DNA of 64,000 nucleotides from Phoronis australis. Lineage: Eukaryota > Animalia > Phoronida. The notes under the pieces were generated by a model. It made no database searches. It saw nothing but the letters and a program-made list of their open reading frames with translations, and was not told the origin of the DNA. The position numbers were made by a program, and so were the translations under genes. Within the stretch, counting starts at the first letter, position 1. Each line of letters begins with the position of its first letter. The stretch spans positions 313,065-377,064 of the forward strand of contig NMRA01000360.1 of assembly GCA_002633005.1 (NCBI GenBank), written 5' to 3'. Of this stretch, positions 31,882 through 44,945 are shown piece after piece.

Positions 31882-34827
31882 CCCCCAAAAATTTTTCAGG
31901 CGTCAGGGCAGGGCTAAACCGTGGTAACCGACATAGGCATGGGGCGGGGACAGTCGAGAAAAAAAAAAGACTGCTAAATGCGAATAAGAGAGAAAACTCA
32001 AGAGAACATTTAACAACTCTGTATCATTGCATGGTTTCCCTTTTGAGGACCCTGGTCAGGACATCGTTGTTGGGGTCTCCGCTTTCGCAGCACAGGTCGT
32101 CTAAACGCACTTGAAAATGCGCACGTAATGATTCATACATTATATTTCGAAAAATCGAAAGAAATTGTAAAGCGAAGCTTTTGTGGAGCGTATTAATTTA
32201 CTTGATTTTTAAATTCAATAAGTCAAAATTTTGCGATTGCAAAACCATATTTTTCCAGAGGCCCCTCTCTGGCAAGGGATAACGGAACAACAGTCGCTTT
32301 TTTCTCGAATTGTATATCACTTGAGAAGAACTGATGACCTGACAGATGTCATCAATTACTGCACATATCTTGATTTTTGGAAATATAGATATTTTCACAT
32401 AGAGAGACCCCACGTCTGAAGGAGGATATTGATCACATTCAAGAGGCCATAGTTTTTATGTTTCTACTGACATATTCTTACGGAGAGAGGGCCCACTATT
32501 TTCCTGTTTTTTGTGAAATCGTGCAACCAACTTTCATGTTGAATAATGTCACTTTCTCCACCGTCGTCTGACCACACGACGGTAGAATGAACTATCACTC
32601 TTTTCCAATCTCAATGATGTTTAGCTTTTCATTATTAAGGTGTCCCATATCACACGGGACCCTCTCTCTGTGAAGCAGCTCGGAGAAATGTCCCTTTGTC
32701 CCTCTATACATGTAAATCCGACACTGCCAAGTATTCACGAGGAAACTGTGATTCGAAATTCATCTTAAACACAAAACATTCGGGCTCAGCACAGTGGTAT
32801 CAAAATATTCGACCCAAACAATAAAAAAATGTGAAAAAATACAATAGGATTGACCGCCATCGAAAGGGAGTCAGGAATTTTAAAGAACGAGAACTTAGAC
32901 CGCTGTTTGCTAATTACACAAAAGGACTATTTCCGATGGTTAGTTATAAAATAATGTTACTGTTTTCCATATTATCACAAGAATAGCATCTCTTTTAAAG
33001 ATGGTTACTATGAGTTGTTTGTAAGAAATTCCCACATGTGGAAAACACTGCTGTCGAGGCTACCATTGGGGTGACCGTGTACATATCGAATGAGGGTACC
33101 CAAATACTCGCAATAATAATCACATCAAACAAACATTTCAGCGTTTTTGAGGTCAAGTTAAAGTCGTGAACCGTTATAGGTACCTCGAAAGAGCACAAAT
33201 ACACCTTACTATGAATGTCCCATTTCCCCCTGGTTATCCGTCAAAAATCTGCGAGCATGCCTGCGGAAATTGCTTATAACATTCCGTTTTTGTTAACAAA
33301 TTCGTTGCTTTCTGATTTACACACCTGTAACATCCTTCGCCGCAGAGATAATAACTCTTGGGCTGTCTCCGGTGAGTCCATTCATACTTGAATGTTGTTT
33401 AGGTAAATTGTATCTACGAAAAGCAACAGGTTAATAGGTGATTTTTGGCAATTAGAAGCTAACCTTTTGAGAAATGAACACGATTCAGGGAATTTAGTTG
33501 AAGCCTGAAAATGGAAAAATTACAACTCGATCCCAAATAGTAAAGTGCACTTGAACGCTTTTTGCCTATCTAAAATAACTCTCAAAAACATTGATGAAAT
33601 TTAGACACTTCCTAAATGACAATAAATGCATTGCTTTTTGACTTCGGTACAAGATTTGTTGTTTAAAGGGGATCAAAAAGGAATTAAGTCATTAAATCAA
33701 AGTAAACACATTGCTCATGGATTTGATTGTTGGTTTCTTTTTGATTTACATGTTTATGTATCTAGGAAAGTGGACTGATTGAGAGATGACTTTTTTGACA
33801 ATTAGAAGCTAATCTTGTAAGAAATGACAATACTTCAATGAACTTGGGTATCCGTGTTTCACCAAATTTCGCGAGGAAGTGTTATGTTATTTTTAGACCT
33901 AGACAAGTTACGCGTTCAGGTTACTATTTGGATGTTTTAGGCATCAAAAAGATGCACAGCCAAAATCACTTTTAGGGGGTACGAATTAAAAGTGATTCAT
34001 GAACTACTTCTTCTGAGACTGCGAAATCCAGAGAAACACACGGACTAAATAGCATCACCTGTTCGAGTAAACGGAACATCGTCTCGGAAACTTCGATTGT
34101 TTCATCTATTTCGGGGAGTGAAAATGAGGCCTTGGGTCAAGATTCACTTTATCAGAGTGCAGTTTGGGGAATGTTAACTTGATTAGATCATGCGTTGGCG
34201 ATATCCTTTGAAAGTGTGAGGTGCCGGAACCCCTTATGGCCTGTTTCAAAATCCGACAAAGGTCAATTACAAGAGCCCTGTATTTTGTTGGTGCGTGTCA
34301 TTCAGTTGATTGGTGCCTGTCATTCAGTTATTTAAACAAATAGTTCTCAAATGTGGCACCCCTGTAAGTGACTATTATTTAAAATCTCTTAATGACATAT
34401 GGGTACTTGAGCTTCTGGTGGCTGCTGAGGGGAAGATATAATGGTACTGACAGAATTTCACCGAAGTACATAAAAAATTCGTCGAAAAAACAATTTATTA
34501 GAGGACTGTTTAAGATTGGCAGCAATCACTTTGGGGTCGGATGATAGAACTTTCCAGAAAAACCATTCTGCATCTAAGTTCATTTTAAGGATTTTAATTT
34601 CGTACAAGAATATATCATAATTCTCAAAAAAATCATCCATAACAGTCAGTTCATTTTCGTGTATGCATAAGTATGTAAATCCGAAAAAAATGACTTGAGG
34701 AAACCCGTCCAGGAAATTTTTCTGTTTTTTCCTCTAAAAATCAAGCATTTTCCTTGATTCCCGAAGTATTATCCAAGAAAAAAAGGCAAAACAAAATCGG
34801 AGAAAGTGTCAAACAGGAAAACTGCAA

Positions 34828-34891
34828 GCGCCACAGACTCAAACTCACGATCTGGCGTATAGAGCGCGCGTGCTTTACCACTGCACCACCA
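34828..34891 (-). repeat. Degenerate tRNA-derived sequence (SINE head or tRNA pseudogene)
   Basis: Minus strand TGGTGCAGTGGTAAAGCAC (A box, intact GTGC/GCAC D-stem) and decayed B box GAGTTTGAGTC; T-stem and acceptor stem do not pair. Confidence 0.4.
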
Positions 34892-36619
34892 AGATTTAAC
34901 TCCTACTTTGATACTAAGAGACCTATTTGTTTATGGTCCACAGCGTTTGCCCGCGTAACCTTTTTTGTAATGCTTATTACATGTTTTATATTTTGTGCAA
35001 TCAGTTCGTTACAAATTTGTTGTATTTAAAATAGTCTTCAATTGCCCAAAAGACCAAATCCGTTTATTGTGTTGGCAATAATGACGCGATTGTTTTGGAA
35101 ATCGTCTTAAGTGAAGGTTTGACAAAGAGAGAATTAAAATTGATATATTACCAGCAGCTTCTGTTTTTTCATCATCACAAAGATTCCATTTTCTTTAAAA
35201 AATGAAGTAATTTTCTTCACTGCACAGTGGAGCAGACGACGGAAACGGTGTCGTAGTGCCCAGCGCCACTGCCGGTCGCCTGACTGAGATATCGCGGGAG
35301 AACCTATACTAGCCATAGTTCCGTTGCGATTGCGCAGTGTTCTGAATTTGAAACTTGAAATGGGATCTGAGGCCCCTCCCCCCAAACACTAAAACTGCAC
35401 ACATTTAAATCTTGTTTCAGCCGTATAATTTTAATTACGGGGGGTTAATTAATAAACTCAACATTTCCCTACGCTCTTGCTTTTTTGTATTTGCGGCAGT
35501 CAAGAGGTGGGCCTCCTGGGCGCCCCCTAAATCCGCCTATGCAATGAACTGGATTAAAAGCGAGGATAGGATAGGATAGGATACCAGTAGAGGTGGAAAC
35601 TGAGTGTGTTATTCATTCTGTGTGAATACAGGCCAGCAACGTAAACAAAAGTCAGCGACAGTAGAAAAATGCACTCCAAAAAGGCACAGCCACAACTTTC
35701 TGATTGACATTTCTTGAACATGAATTAAGCACCGATTTGTATGTACAACAGACCACAAACTATATCCAATTCCTCCATCAGTCATGTCAGTTTGTTTACT
35801 TAAAGCGCCAGCAGTTGAGAATTCGACCAGCCAATCACAAACGCCGGTGTAAAAAGAATTCCCTAGGAAATTTAAATGATACCTGCGTGTTCTCTAGCCC
35901 CTAGCGGACATGATCTTGACATGGATTTGATGAATGTATCGTGATACATAATTCATCAATATTCCTGCTTAATATTCTTTTTAAAAAATGTACGTATCGT
36001 ATAGTCATTTTCCGTATTCGGGCATGTGGGCAATTTCGCATGCGCATGAAATCCCAACAAAGTGTTTTAGTACCCGGGCTTTGTTTTCGGTATATGTACA
36101 CCACTCATTGCATCTGATAACCGAAGTATCGTTTATTTTTGCATGTAAAAGTACAAAAACTACACTTGAATCCGAAATTTTAGATATTTTGGGAGTAGTG
36201 AACCTTCGGGGTGTTGAACCTTGGAAGTAGAGAACCTTCGGAATAGTCACTTCGGAATAGTGGGTTGTTCCCATTACCAACGATAGTAACACGCAAAAAA
36301 GAATCAGATAAAAATTTCGTCAAGTCATTCTCCGACTAAACATTTCCGTCCAAGAGTGTAATGATCGAGGTGTAATCATTCATTAAGCACCCCTAATATG
36401 AAAGTTTGGCAGGAGGTAACGCGAGAACGTTCTCTATATGTAGCACATTACATCCAGTCCGAACTTGAGTCCCGAAAGTGTCGACGTTTGCAAAACATCA
36501 AAGGTCCACCGTTAAAGTCGAACCACCCCCGCGCAATGCTGGGTACAGAGCTAGTGCTTAAGTTTGAAGCTTACAACTCTAGGAATGGAACTTGAAACGA
36601 ACTCCTGTGCCTGTCCTGT

Positions 36620-38500
36620 GCTTTCTAGAGCTTAGGATCCCGAGATTTCACGAGACTAGCAGCCGCGAGAGTTTGCACTGTGGCTGGTTGTCCACTGGAC
36701 TGAGTTTTGAACGAGTGTTGTAGTTATCAAATCAAGTCAAATGTCATTGCTTCGGTTTCACTTTGTCATTTTTATTGATAAAACTCGTTTTGTAAACAAT
36801 ATGATGACGTAATTAAGATCCTGAACGAAAATCTGCAGCCATTGTCCCTACTGATCAAACTCCATGTTAGGAATTTTTCCACAAGACATTTTTTGTATTA
36901 AAATCATGTTACAATATTTTACGGAAATAAGCGACATTTGGTTCTAAGTGTTTGTTCTGCAATCATAAATGAAGAGTTCACTATCAGATGTGTTTACGTA
37001 ACTTACAAAAAGTACTCAAAGTTGGCACTGTGTTTACCAACGCAAAGATTTAAACCGATGGTATTTTAAATTATGATGAACTGGGTATGTGATATGGGAA
37101 AAATTACCAAGACGTCTGTATAACTCATGAGCGCACCCAGCCTTCAATATGGGGGGCTCGAATTCCTGACTTTGTGGACCTTTTGGTAACAAAAAGGCGG
37201 GCGGACTAAAAAAACAAAAAAAAACGGGAGCACCACTATGGATTAATGGACTGAGTCATTTTNTTGAGTAGGTCACTTATAGATTCCAAAATATCGTTGG
37301 CGCTGGAAATCCATTCACGGAAAGTCACGACATCGATAACTCGGCAATTGCCGTTCATCCGTAACTCATCGGATAATTCCGTACCCTGCGTGTGGGACCA
37401 AGGAGTTGCTCCGGACGAGCTTTTTGGGAAGCCTTTTTTGTGCTTTGACCGCGAATTTCTTGCGAATTCGGTACGTGGAGCAGGACACCGTAAGGGTTGT
37501 GGGAGAAAGAAAAATTCTTCATGATCTGTTGAACCTCTGTTTTGTATAAATTTATTGAGTTTTATGTTTGTTATGGACGGCTGAAGTGAGGCACCCGTGG
37601 ACAATGAATTTCTAGTCCGGAGTGTCATGGGGACGATCGGAAGCTGAGGGGGCCCGTGTTCCGGGAACCGGGGTAGCGGCCTCAGTAGTGCGCCGGGGTC
37701 ACGTGATGGCCTCCCGACGTACGTGCAAAATGACCCGGGGCCGGGGGTCGTGAAAAGTGAAAGGCCCGTGCAAAACGGTACCACAGCCCGTTTTTAAAAG
37801 TTGAAATGTCTCTAAGTCGTTTTTAACGGGCTCTGAATGTAATGTGAACGGCAGGCTGTGGTCAACGGTCACTTCTGGGGCACCATCCCTATTGGTCTAG
37901 TGCCGGCTTTGGTCTATTAAATTCCTCCCTCATTCCACTTCCAAACAGATGAGGTGCGCATCTCTTTACGGTTATTGTTTCCTAGTTTAACGTAACTTTT
38001 ATTCGGTTTCTTTGTCAGAAATTTCCATGCACTCAGTCAATTATTTACAGTAAAGAGACATCTGTCTGTGTGAATAACAATTGGTCATTCATCCGGGAAC
38101 CTGTCAATTTGCTGGTCCATGATTGGCTACTTTCGGGGTCATTGTGTTCATGACACTATCATGAAAGCTAAGATGTGATTGGATGGGTGTAATATAATAA
38201 ACCGTATTTATATTAGAAAAACTTCTCAAGAAAATTCGCTGAAACACAAACAAAAACAAGTGAACAAATTGAAAATACGTCTGAAACAATCTTCGAGCAA
38301 ACATATTTTTTTAAAGATGAAAAAACACCGAAGTTTTATGATTTCTTAGTGCCATAGATTTTTTCTAACAGCCAATAAAAACGACGCTACTGTAATAGGC
38401 TTCAGTGCGAGCACGATGTATGATGTTGAATGCAGAGCGGCCCAAAGTCGACAAAATCTTCATTGAAATTTCTTCAAAAATTTGGGTAAAATGACACGTA
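36620..38500 (+). promoter_or_regulatory. Candidate promoter / non-coding first-exon region of the CHD gene
   Basis: CGCG-element-like motifs (36640-36672), CpG/GC-rich patch 37600-37790 with GTCACGTGAT, CCAAT boxes, donor-like AC|GTAAGT at 38498; the ATG exon at 48308 has an acceptor, so an upstream exon must exist. Confidence 0.4.
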
Positions 38501-39024
38501 AGTATGTAACTTATGTAATCAAAATATGTACAGTTTCATTTTTCAAATGTCTTTGTGTTGTCTAGTAACCTAAATTCTCTTCACTGTCCCGTCATTGTCC
38601 TGTTTTGGTGGACCAACCGACCCATCAAATCTCTTTACAAAATTGATCCGAAATGGCGATCAAAAGGTGTAATTTCATTGTTCTTACTTTGTGTCGTTCT
38701 AACATTAAGCAGAATAATATGTCGTTCTATTTGTGCACATTTTTATGATGGCTTATTAGGCAATGTTTTGAAATTATATACAGTGCACAGGGCCACACGT
38801 GGTCATTCTTTTCTTTATTGATTTGTCTTTGATAGGAAACCCTTGGCCGGTAGAATCTTCACTGAAAACGTATTCGTATGTGATGGGCAGATCAATTGCA
38901 TTTTCTTTCAATTAATGTAGTCAGGGTGACCTCATCCTTCTTTCTGCACGTAACCTGTAGATTCCGCAAACATAGGGTTGGATTGTCAAATAGTGAGAAG
39001 CATGAGTTTCCTTTCAGATCGCAG

Positions 39025-39570
39025 TAGACAATGACCATCGTCTGTGCTGGCGCTGCTAGCACAGACTATGGAGCTCCTATAGGAACTTCATGTGCCGGAC
39101 GCCTTTCGGCGAGTTATGCCTCACACTGAGTAAAACATAAAGTCACGTTATAAATACCTTTTGCGCATAGAGGGACACCTTGGGAACTCGGAACAAATAC
39201 TCCCATTATCAAACTTTTTCCTCGAGCAGTCCCTGGTTCAGTTCCCAAAATCAGTCACTCGCCATTTTCACACTGCACACGCTAGGGGATATGTTCATCA
39301 TGCCACCTGCCGGATGCATTGTTATAAATGGCCGAGTTACTGATTTTGGGAACTGAACAAGAAACTGCTTGAAGAAAAAGTTTGATAACTGAGTATTTGT
39401 TCGAGTTGAAAGGAATTAAATACATCGACGACCTCCTAAGGTGTCCATCTATGCGCAAAAGGTATTTATTACAATGTGACTTTGGTGTTTTAGTCAATGC
39501 GAGGCATAATTTGCCGAAAAGCTTCCGGCGTATGAAGCTCCTACTATGGAGAGACAATGGTCATTGTCCA
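39025..39570. mobile_element. 546-bp foldback element with very long TIRs and 9-bp TSD
   Basis: Arms of about 250 bp (TAGACAATGACCAT...GCGCATAG...TTCAGTTCCCAAAATCAG and the reverse complement); flanks AGATCGCAG (39016-39024) / AGATCACAG (39571-39579). Confidence 0.85.
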
Positions 39571-42500
39571 AGATCACAGTTGCTTTTGTGGACCTGACTT
39601 TAGTTAAAAGCTCTTTTTTCTGGATTTGTGTCGGTTTCAGTGGTCCTAGTGGGCTATAGTCACTTGGGTGTGGTAATGGGAACTTATTTTGATCTCTTAG
39701 AACATACCACATATAAGTGAAGAAGGGAGTACCGCAAATGCCAATACAGAGGAACACATCTGTGCCGTAAGTCAGATATAAATGTACTGAGCGCCTGGCG
39801 AGGTTCAGTATCTCACCACTACGTGGCGCTTATGTCGACCGCTGTGATTGGCTGCTATCATACATTGTCTGGCCCCAGTTGAAAGTGAAGTAGCGAGTAA
39901 TTGCTCGCGTTAGGTGTTAGCAAGATTACAAACGTCACTAGACTTCCGGCACATCTGTGTAATGGTGTACGCTCTATTCCCTATCTTGACTAATGGGTTC
40001 AATACTAGAGGTATGTTCTAACAGATCAATTTAAGCCCCACATGGGTGGGGTGTCCCTGCTTCATTTGTGCTCAGCAGTTTTACTTCATGATTGAAGAAG
40101 ATGATATACACCTGGCAATTGATTAAGCAATGTTATCTTGGCATTGTAGAAAAGTTGTCTGTACTTTTCTTGGTTCTGCCGAAAATCAAACCAGTGACTC
40201 CCTGAACCTGAGTCAAGCATCATAACTGTTTGACCAGCTGGCAATTGCCTATTGGCCAGCGATTTAGAGAGGCTGTAGCTCAACACAACTGGAGTTTGCG
40301 TGATACTACACATGTGTGATCAGGATCAACTTCACTAGCTGTTTGAGATGATAATGCTTCCTGACTATTATATACTGCCGTATTTGACCAGGGCTTTTGA
40401 TCTGTGAAGCTAAAAAATCAGAGGGTGGTCCTAGCCCTAGGGTGACCACGGGCTTTAAAAACAAAGTTTCTGAGAAGTCGATCAATCGGGTTAATTCCCT
40501 GGGGCTACATTGACATCAGACTTCAAGTGAAAACGTCGAGCATCAGGAAAGTGTAGTTGATATAGTAAGGGACATTGTGCCCAGGAGTTCACTAGCACGA
40601 CGTGGCTTTTTGTGTTACGCCAACCGTGTGTTTGACAAAAACTTTTTATTGTGAATGAAAAAGCAATTTTGTCGTTTCGATTTTGCATTCTTAATATTAC
40701 CAGTCACTTTTTGTTTCGAGGAAAAGTGCCCATGGGGGCTTCTCCCTTATTTACAAATAAGCACCGACGGGTGCTTCCTGTTGATAGGCCCTATTCGAAA
40801 TCCACTGTATGATCTCTCCCTCAGTTGCATTATATCTTGTTGAAATTTGCTAGGGTCGGGATTAGGTTGGGCATGTATATGTGGAGTTGGACAATGATTA
40901 TAGTAGTGTCATAATGTGATGATGGTATTCTGAATGATATCCCTCAGCATTATAGGTACACAATCATGTGGAGAATTAGCCCGTTACATCTTTCCATGGT
41001 TTGCCACACAGCACATCTACAAACTGCACATTGTGTGGGGAATTCAATGGATGTTGCTTTGCCTTTTACTCAACAAGTTCAGGTCTATGGTGCCATTGGG
41101 GGTGGAATGAAAATTACTTGCGTCCTATTTTCTTGTTTTCAACAAATTGAATTAACTAAACTGTGATAGGTAGTGTTATGAGAGAGCCCGTCTAAGGATG
41201 GTGACCAGCGCTCGAGGATATGAAAATTACCAGGTTCTCGTTTGCGACCTGTCCATAATCCCAGTTTGCAATGCCGAAATGCAGCTCACACGCAGTAAGC
41301 CCATGTTGCTCAACTTCGATGGCCTATAAAAAGGAAAACGGGTCATTTTTGTGTTGCAGCACCCATCCATGTATTCCTATTTGACTAAGACGCTGTTGGG
41401 TCAATGAATCTGGACTTGCCAGAGTTAAAATGCCCAAGCTGCATGGCTGCGACTAGTGAAAGTTGGCCAATCGCATTTCCAAATTTCAGTTCTCAAATAT
41501 GACCGACAGCTGGTGAAGTTCATGTCCCATTCCAGAGTAATGTAAATAGATAGCAACAATCTAGTCATCTTCTGTCCGTTGGTTAATAATTCCATAAAAC
41601 TGAACTTCCATAAGGAAACATGCACACTATCAGACAGCTGAATTGGCTTGCCTGTGGCAGAAAGATGGTTGACTGCATCGTATTAAGTTTCTTTGACCTA
41701 TAATTATGAAATTTAAATCCCATCCAGTTTCGTAGTTGGTTGTTGTTGCTCCCAGTTAGCAAGGTTGACTGAAATGTTGGTGCCAACAACATTTTGTTAG
41801 TTTAATTGTTACTACTAGTCGAACCATTGACATGTTGCATTTAATAAATTGTGTATCAATGTGTACAATGTGAAATCGATTCTTTATTCATTTTATACAT
41901 ACCCGGAATATCCGAAAATAGTCCCACCCATAAGTATGCCCGGCCCATGGGCACTCGTTCGGAAAATTTTCTAGAAGTACACCCGTGGGCATATTTTTGG
42001 GAACTGTTTGTTTGTTTTAAAAGTCTGACGGATTGATTGTTCTGCTTGTACTATATGAAGGGTAGTTTTTACGCACTGCGTAAGCTGAATGTGAAATAAG
42101 TGCGGACGAATAAAATTCTAAATAGTAAGATACAACTGCCATGCATACTTTAGAAAGGCCGTGTTTATTTCAAATCTTCACAAATAGTGTTTGTTTAAAG
42201 TGGAACTTGCAAGCTAATTCCTCATCTCTGTGATTGCTTGGTCAAATTAGTTAGAAATGCAACATATAGTGACGATGTGAATACGAAGTATGTTGAAAAT
42301 TGCCTAATGTTTTAGAATGAGTTATGTGTTGAAAGTGGTCAGTCGTTTCTAGTAAGTACATGACGTGGTGTTGGGGAATATCACAGCATGATGCGGGTTG
42401 TGTGAACCCCCAAAGGTCACCTATTTGCAAAGTTTTTTGTTTTCACATCTGCACTTTGTTAAGCGTAGATTATGTTAAAATAGCGTTGTCGTTTAGTTCC

Positions 42501-44118
42501 TGCTATACATCAGCATAGTTAGGAGCATGCCAATACGTCTTTAATAACAAAACCTACTCACAAACTTCGACACAGTTTTCGAAAATATGCCCATTCCGCA
42601 AATACGTCGGGCGTATATACGGTTTCGTGTGACTGTTTTGAATGGTTGTTTTCTGAATATCCGCTCATGGGCAATTTTTGAGTTGTCAAAATGCCCAAGT
42701 CGATGAATTTAACCTAGCGCATCATTGGCTGTTATCAGCAGCAGATCTGTGTACCATACGCAAAAAAGCAGATTCGTTTGGAAATCAAGCCTCCAGTACG
42801 CAAGTGCACACGGCCAGGCAAAAATACTCAAATTCAGCAAATTCAAAAGATTATTAATTCGCTTGTTTCTCAATAGATACGCTGATTTGTAGTCGAAATG
42901 GACGAGGAAGAAGATTTTAAAGTTAGAAATTAAAATTGAAAAATCATTATTTTAGCCAAAAAGTTGAGCTACAAACTCAGAAAACTTGCTTCGCTTCATT
43001 CTCGAAATAGCCTGATAATCGGCGAATCGCGATGCCTCTTCTATCGCTATGTGTGTCACAGGCCTAACCTGTAAGCAACGACTTCTGTGATTTGTGTATT
43101 GCTTATTTACGGCTAAATACCTACTGTTGACATAATGGCAAAGCATGAGTGGTCGCATATTCTGAGCTGTGAAGAAAGTAGCTTCTGAAAGAAGGGTACA
43201 TCTGTTTTTGCCACATTATTCCAAAGAATAACAATGTCTTATTCAAGGGACCGTGGAATTTATACCGCAAGTTTTATAGCATGTTTTTTTTGCGGACATC
43301 GTGACTGCACTGACTTCATAGCATGTTGAGCTGACGATAATACTTGAGCCACTGTCGAGCCTGGAGGTCTTTTCGTATGCAGTACGGTGATACATGTTCA
43401 CAGACACTTGCAATGAATAATTATTCAAAACTTTTGTGAATGGTTATGAAAATATTGTCTGGTGCAAAACATTGTCCAGTGCAGACTCATCAACACATTT
43501 TTGCAGATATGTTTTTGTGTTAAGAAATGAGGTGTACATTAGGCATGTATTAACATAACTAAGTTCAGTAAGGACATTTTTTATTGATTAACATGATCTT
43601 TTCACTATAGGGTCTTTTCACTAAGCGCATTGTCTCTCAACTAAACAACTTAAATTATTCAGAAAATTGGTGATCAATTCACTATGTGTATTTTAGAAAC
43701 TGTTTCAGAGGCAAGTACGGAAGTAGGAAAAGTACCCAGGCGCGTACCCAGGGGGAGGCTTGAATGAGTCCCCATTTGGCAAAGTGGGCAAAAAGGTCCT
43801 GAGAGAAACCAGCTCTGAACGCTGAGAAAAACCTGTTGTTTTTTTAGTTAGTGAAAGGTCCACTGCGAAAAATTCAACCCCCCTCCCCTATATTTTAGGG
43901 TAAATTTGGTCTGTACGCAAAAATCAGCAACTTTACTGAAAAATCTGCAAATCTGGTGTTCAGAGTACTCCAATGCAGTTTTGGTGGTACGCAGGTCTGC
44001 AACAGGCATATACTTAGCCTCTCGCCCATTTGCCAATGCGACTAAGGAGGTGGTGAATGAGTAAAAATTCAGGTGGCGAGCGAATTTCCACAGGGCTTTT
44101 CCCTGTAGTCTTTTTACA

Positions 44119-44945
44119 TAGGTTTTAGCCTTTTTGCTAATAGACTGTGAGCGAGTTCTGAAGCATCGTTAGAAATAGTTTTGTTTTAGTTATTTTTATT
44201 TTCAAAATGACATGGGCATGGAAACTAAATTTTGAATCGCCGTTGTCGTTGCATCGGAATTAGTAGTAACATAACATCTTAGCAGCGGGTTTTGGTAGTC
44301 GCGTTGTTGGGAAGGGTGCTTACCTAGACTTTTGTCTGTCACAAACCATTCATTACTTGTTCTGTTTATTTTTCAAAATTATCTCCCTTTTGTCGTAGTT
44401 TTGTTTCAAAGTTTCAGACTAGGTTGCGTGAAACTATTCAAGTGACCTTTTTTCATGTAGATTCAGCTTGCTATGTCANATCGTAGGGGGGCGCTTAACT
44501 GAGCAGTGGGCAGTTAAATCGAAAATCCACCTAAGGTAGGGGTGGGCGGTTAACTGAGCATGGGCGTTAACCCGAACGATTACGGTAGGTTTTAGCCTTT
44601 TTGCTAATAGACTGTGAGCGAGTTCTGAAGCATCGTTAGAAATAGTTTTGTTTTAGTTATTTTTATTTTCAAAATGACATGGGCATGGAAACTAAATTTT
44701 GAATCGCCGTTGTCGTTGCATCGGAATTAGTAGTAACATAACATCTTAGCTGCGGGTTTTGGTAGTCGCGTTGTTGGGAAGGGTGCTTACCTAGACTTTT
44801 GTCTGTCACAAACCATTCATTACTTGTTCTGTTTATTTTTCAAAATTATCTCCCTTTTGTCGTAGTTTTGTTTCAAAGTTTCAGACTAGGTTGCGTGAAA
44901 CTATTCAAGTGACCTTTTTTCATGTAGATTCAGCTTGCTATGTCA
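44119..44945. repeat. 360-bp duplication (44119-44478 vs 44586-44945) across the N at 44479, with an intervening MITE end (44480-44585)
   Basis: Near-identical copies; the spacer ends ...GATTACGG followed by TA. Confidence 0.85.

Noticed and set aside
37236-37784. 182-aa minus-strand ORF
   Set aside because: Overlaps a GC-rich promoter-like patch, has a non-ATG start, crosses an N and shows no family features
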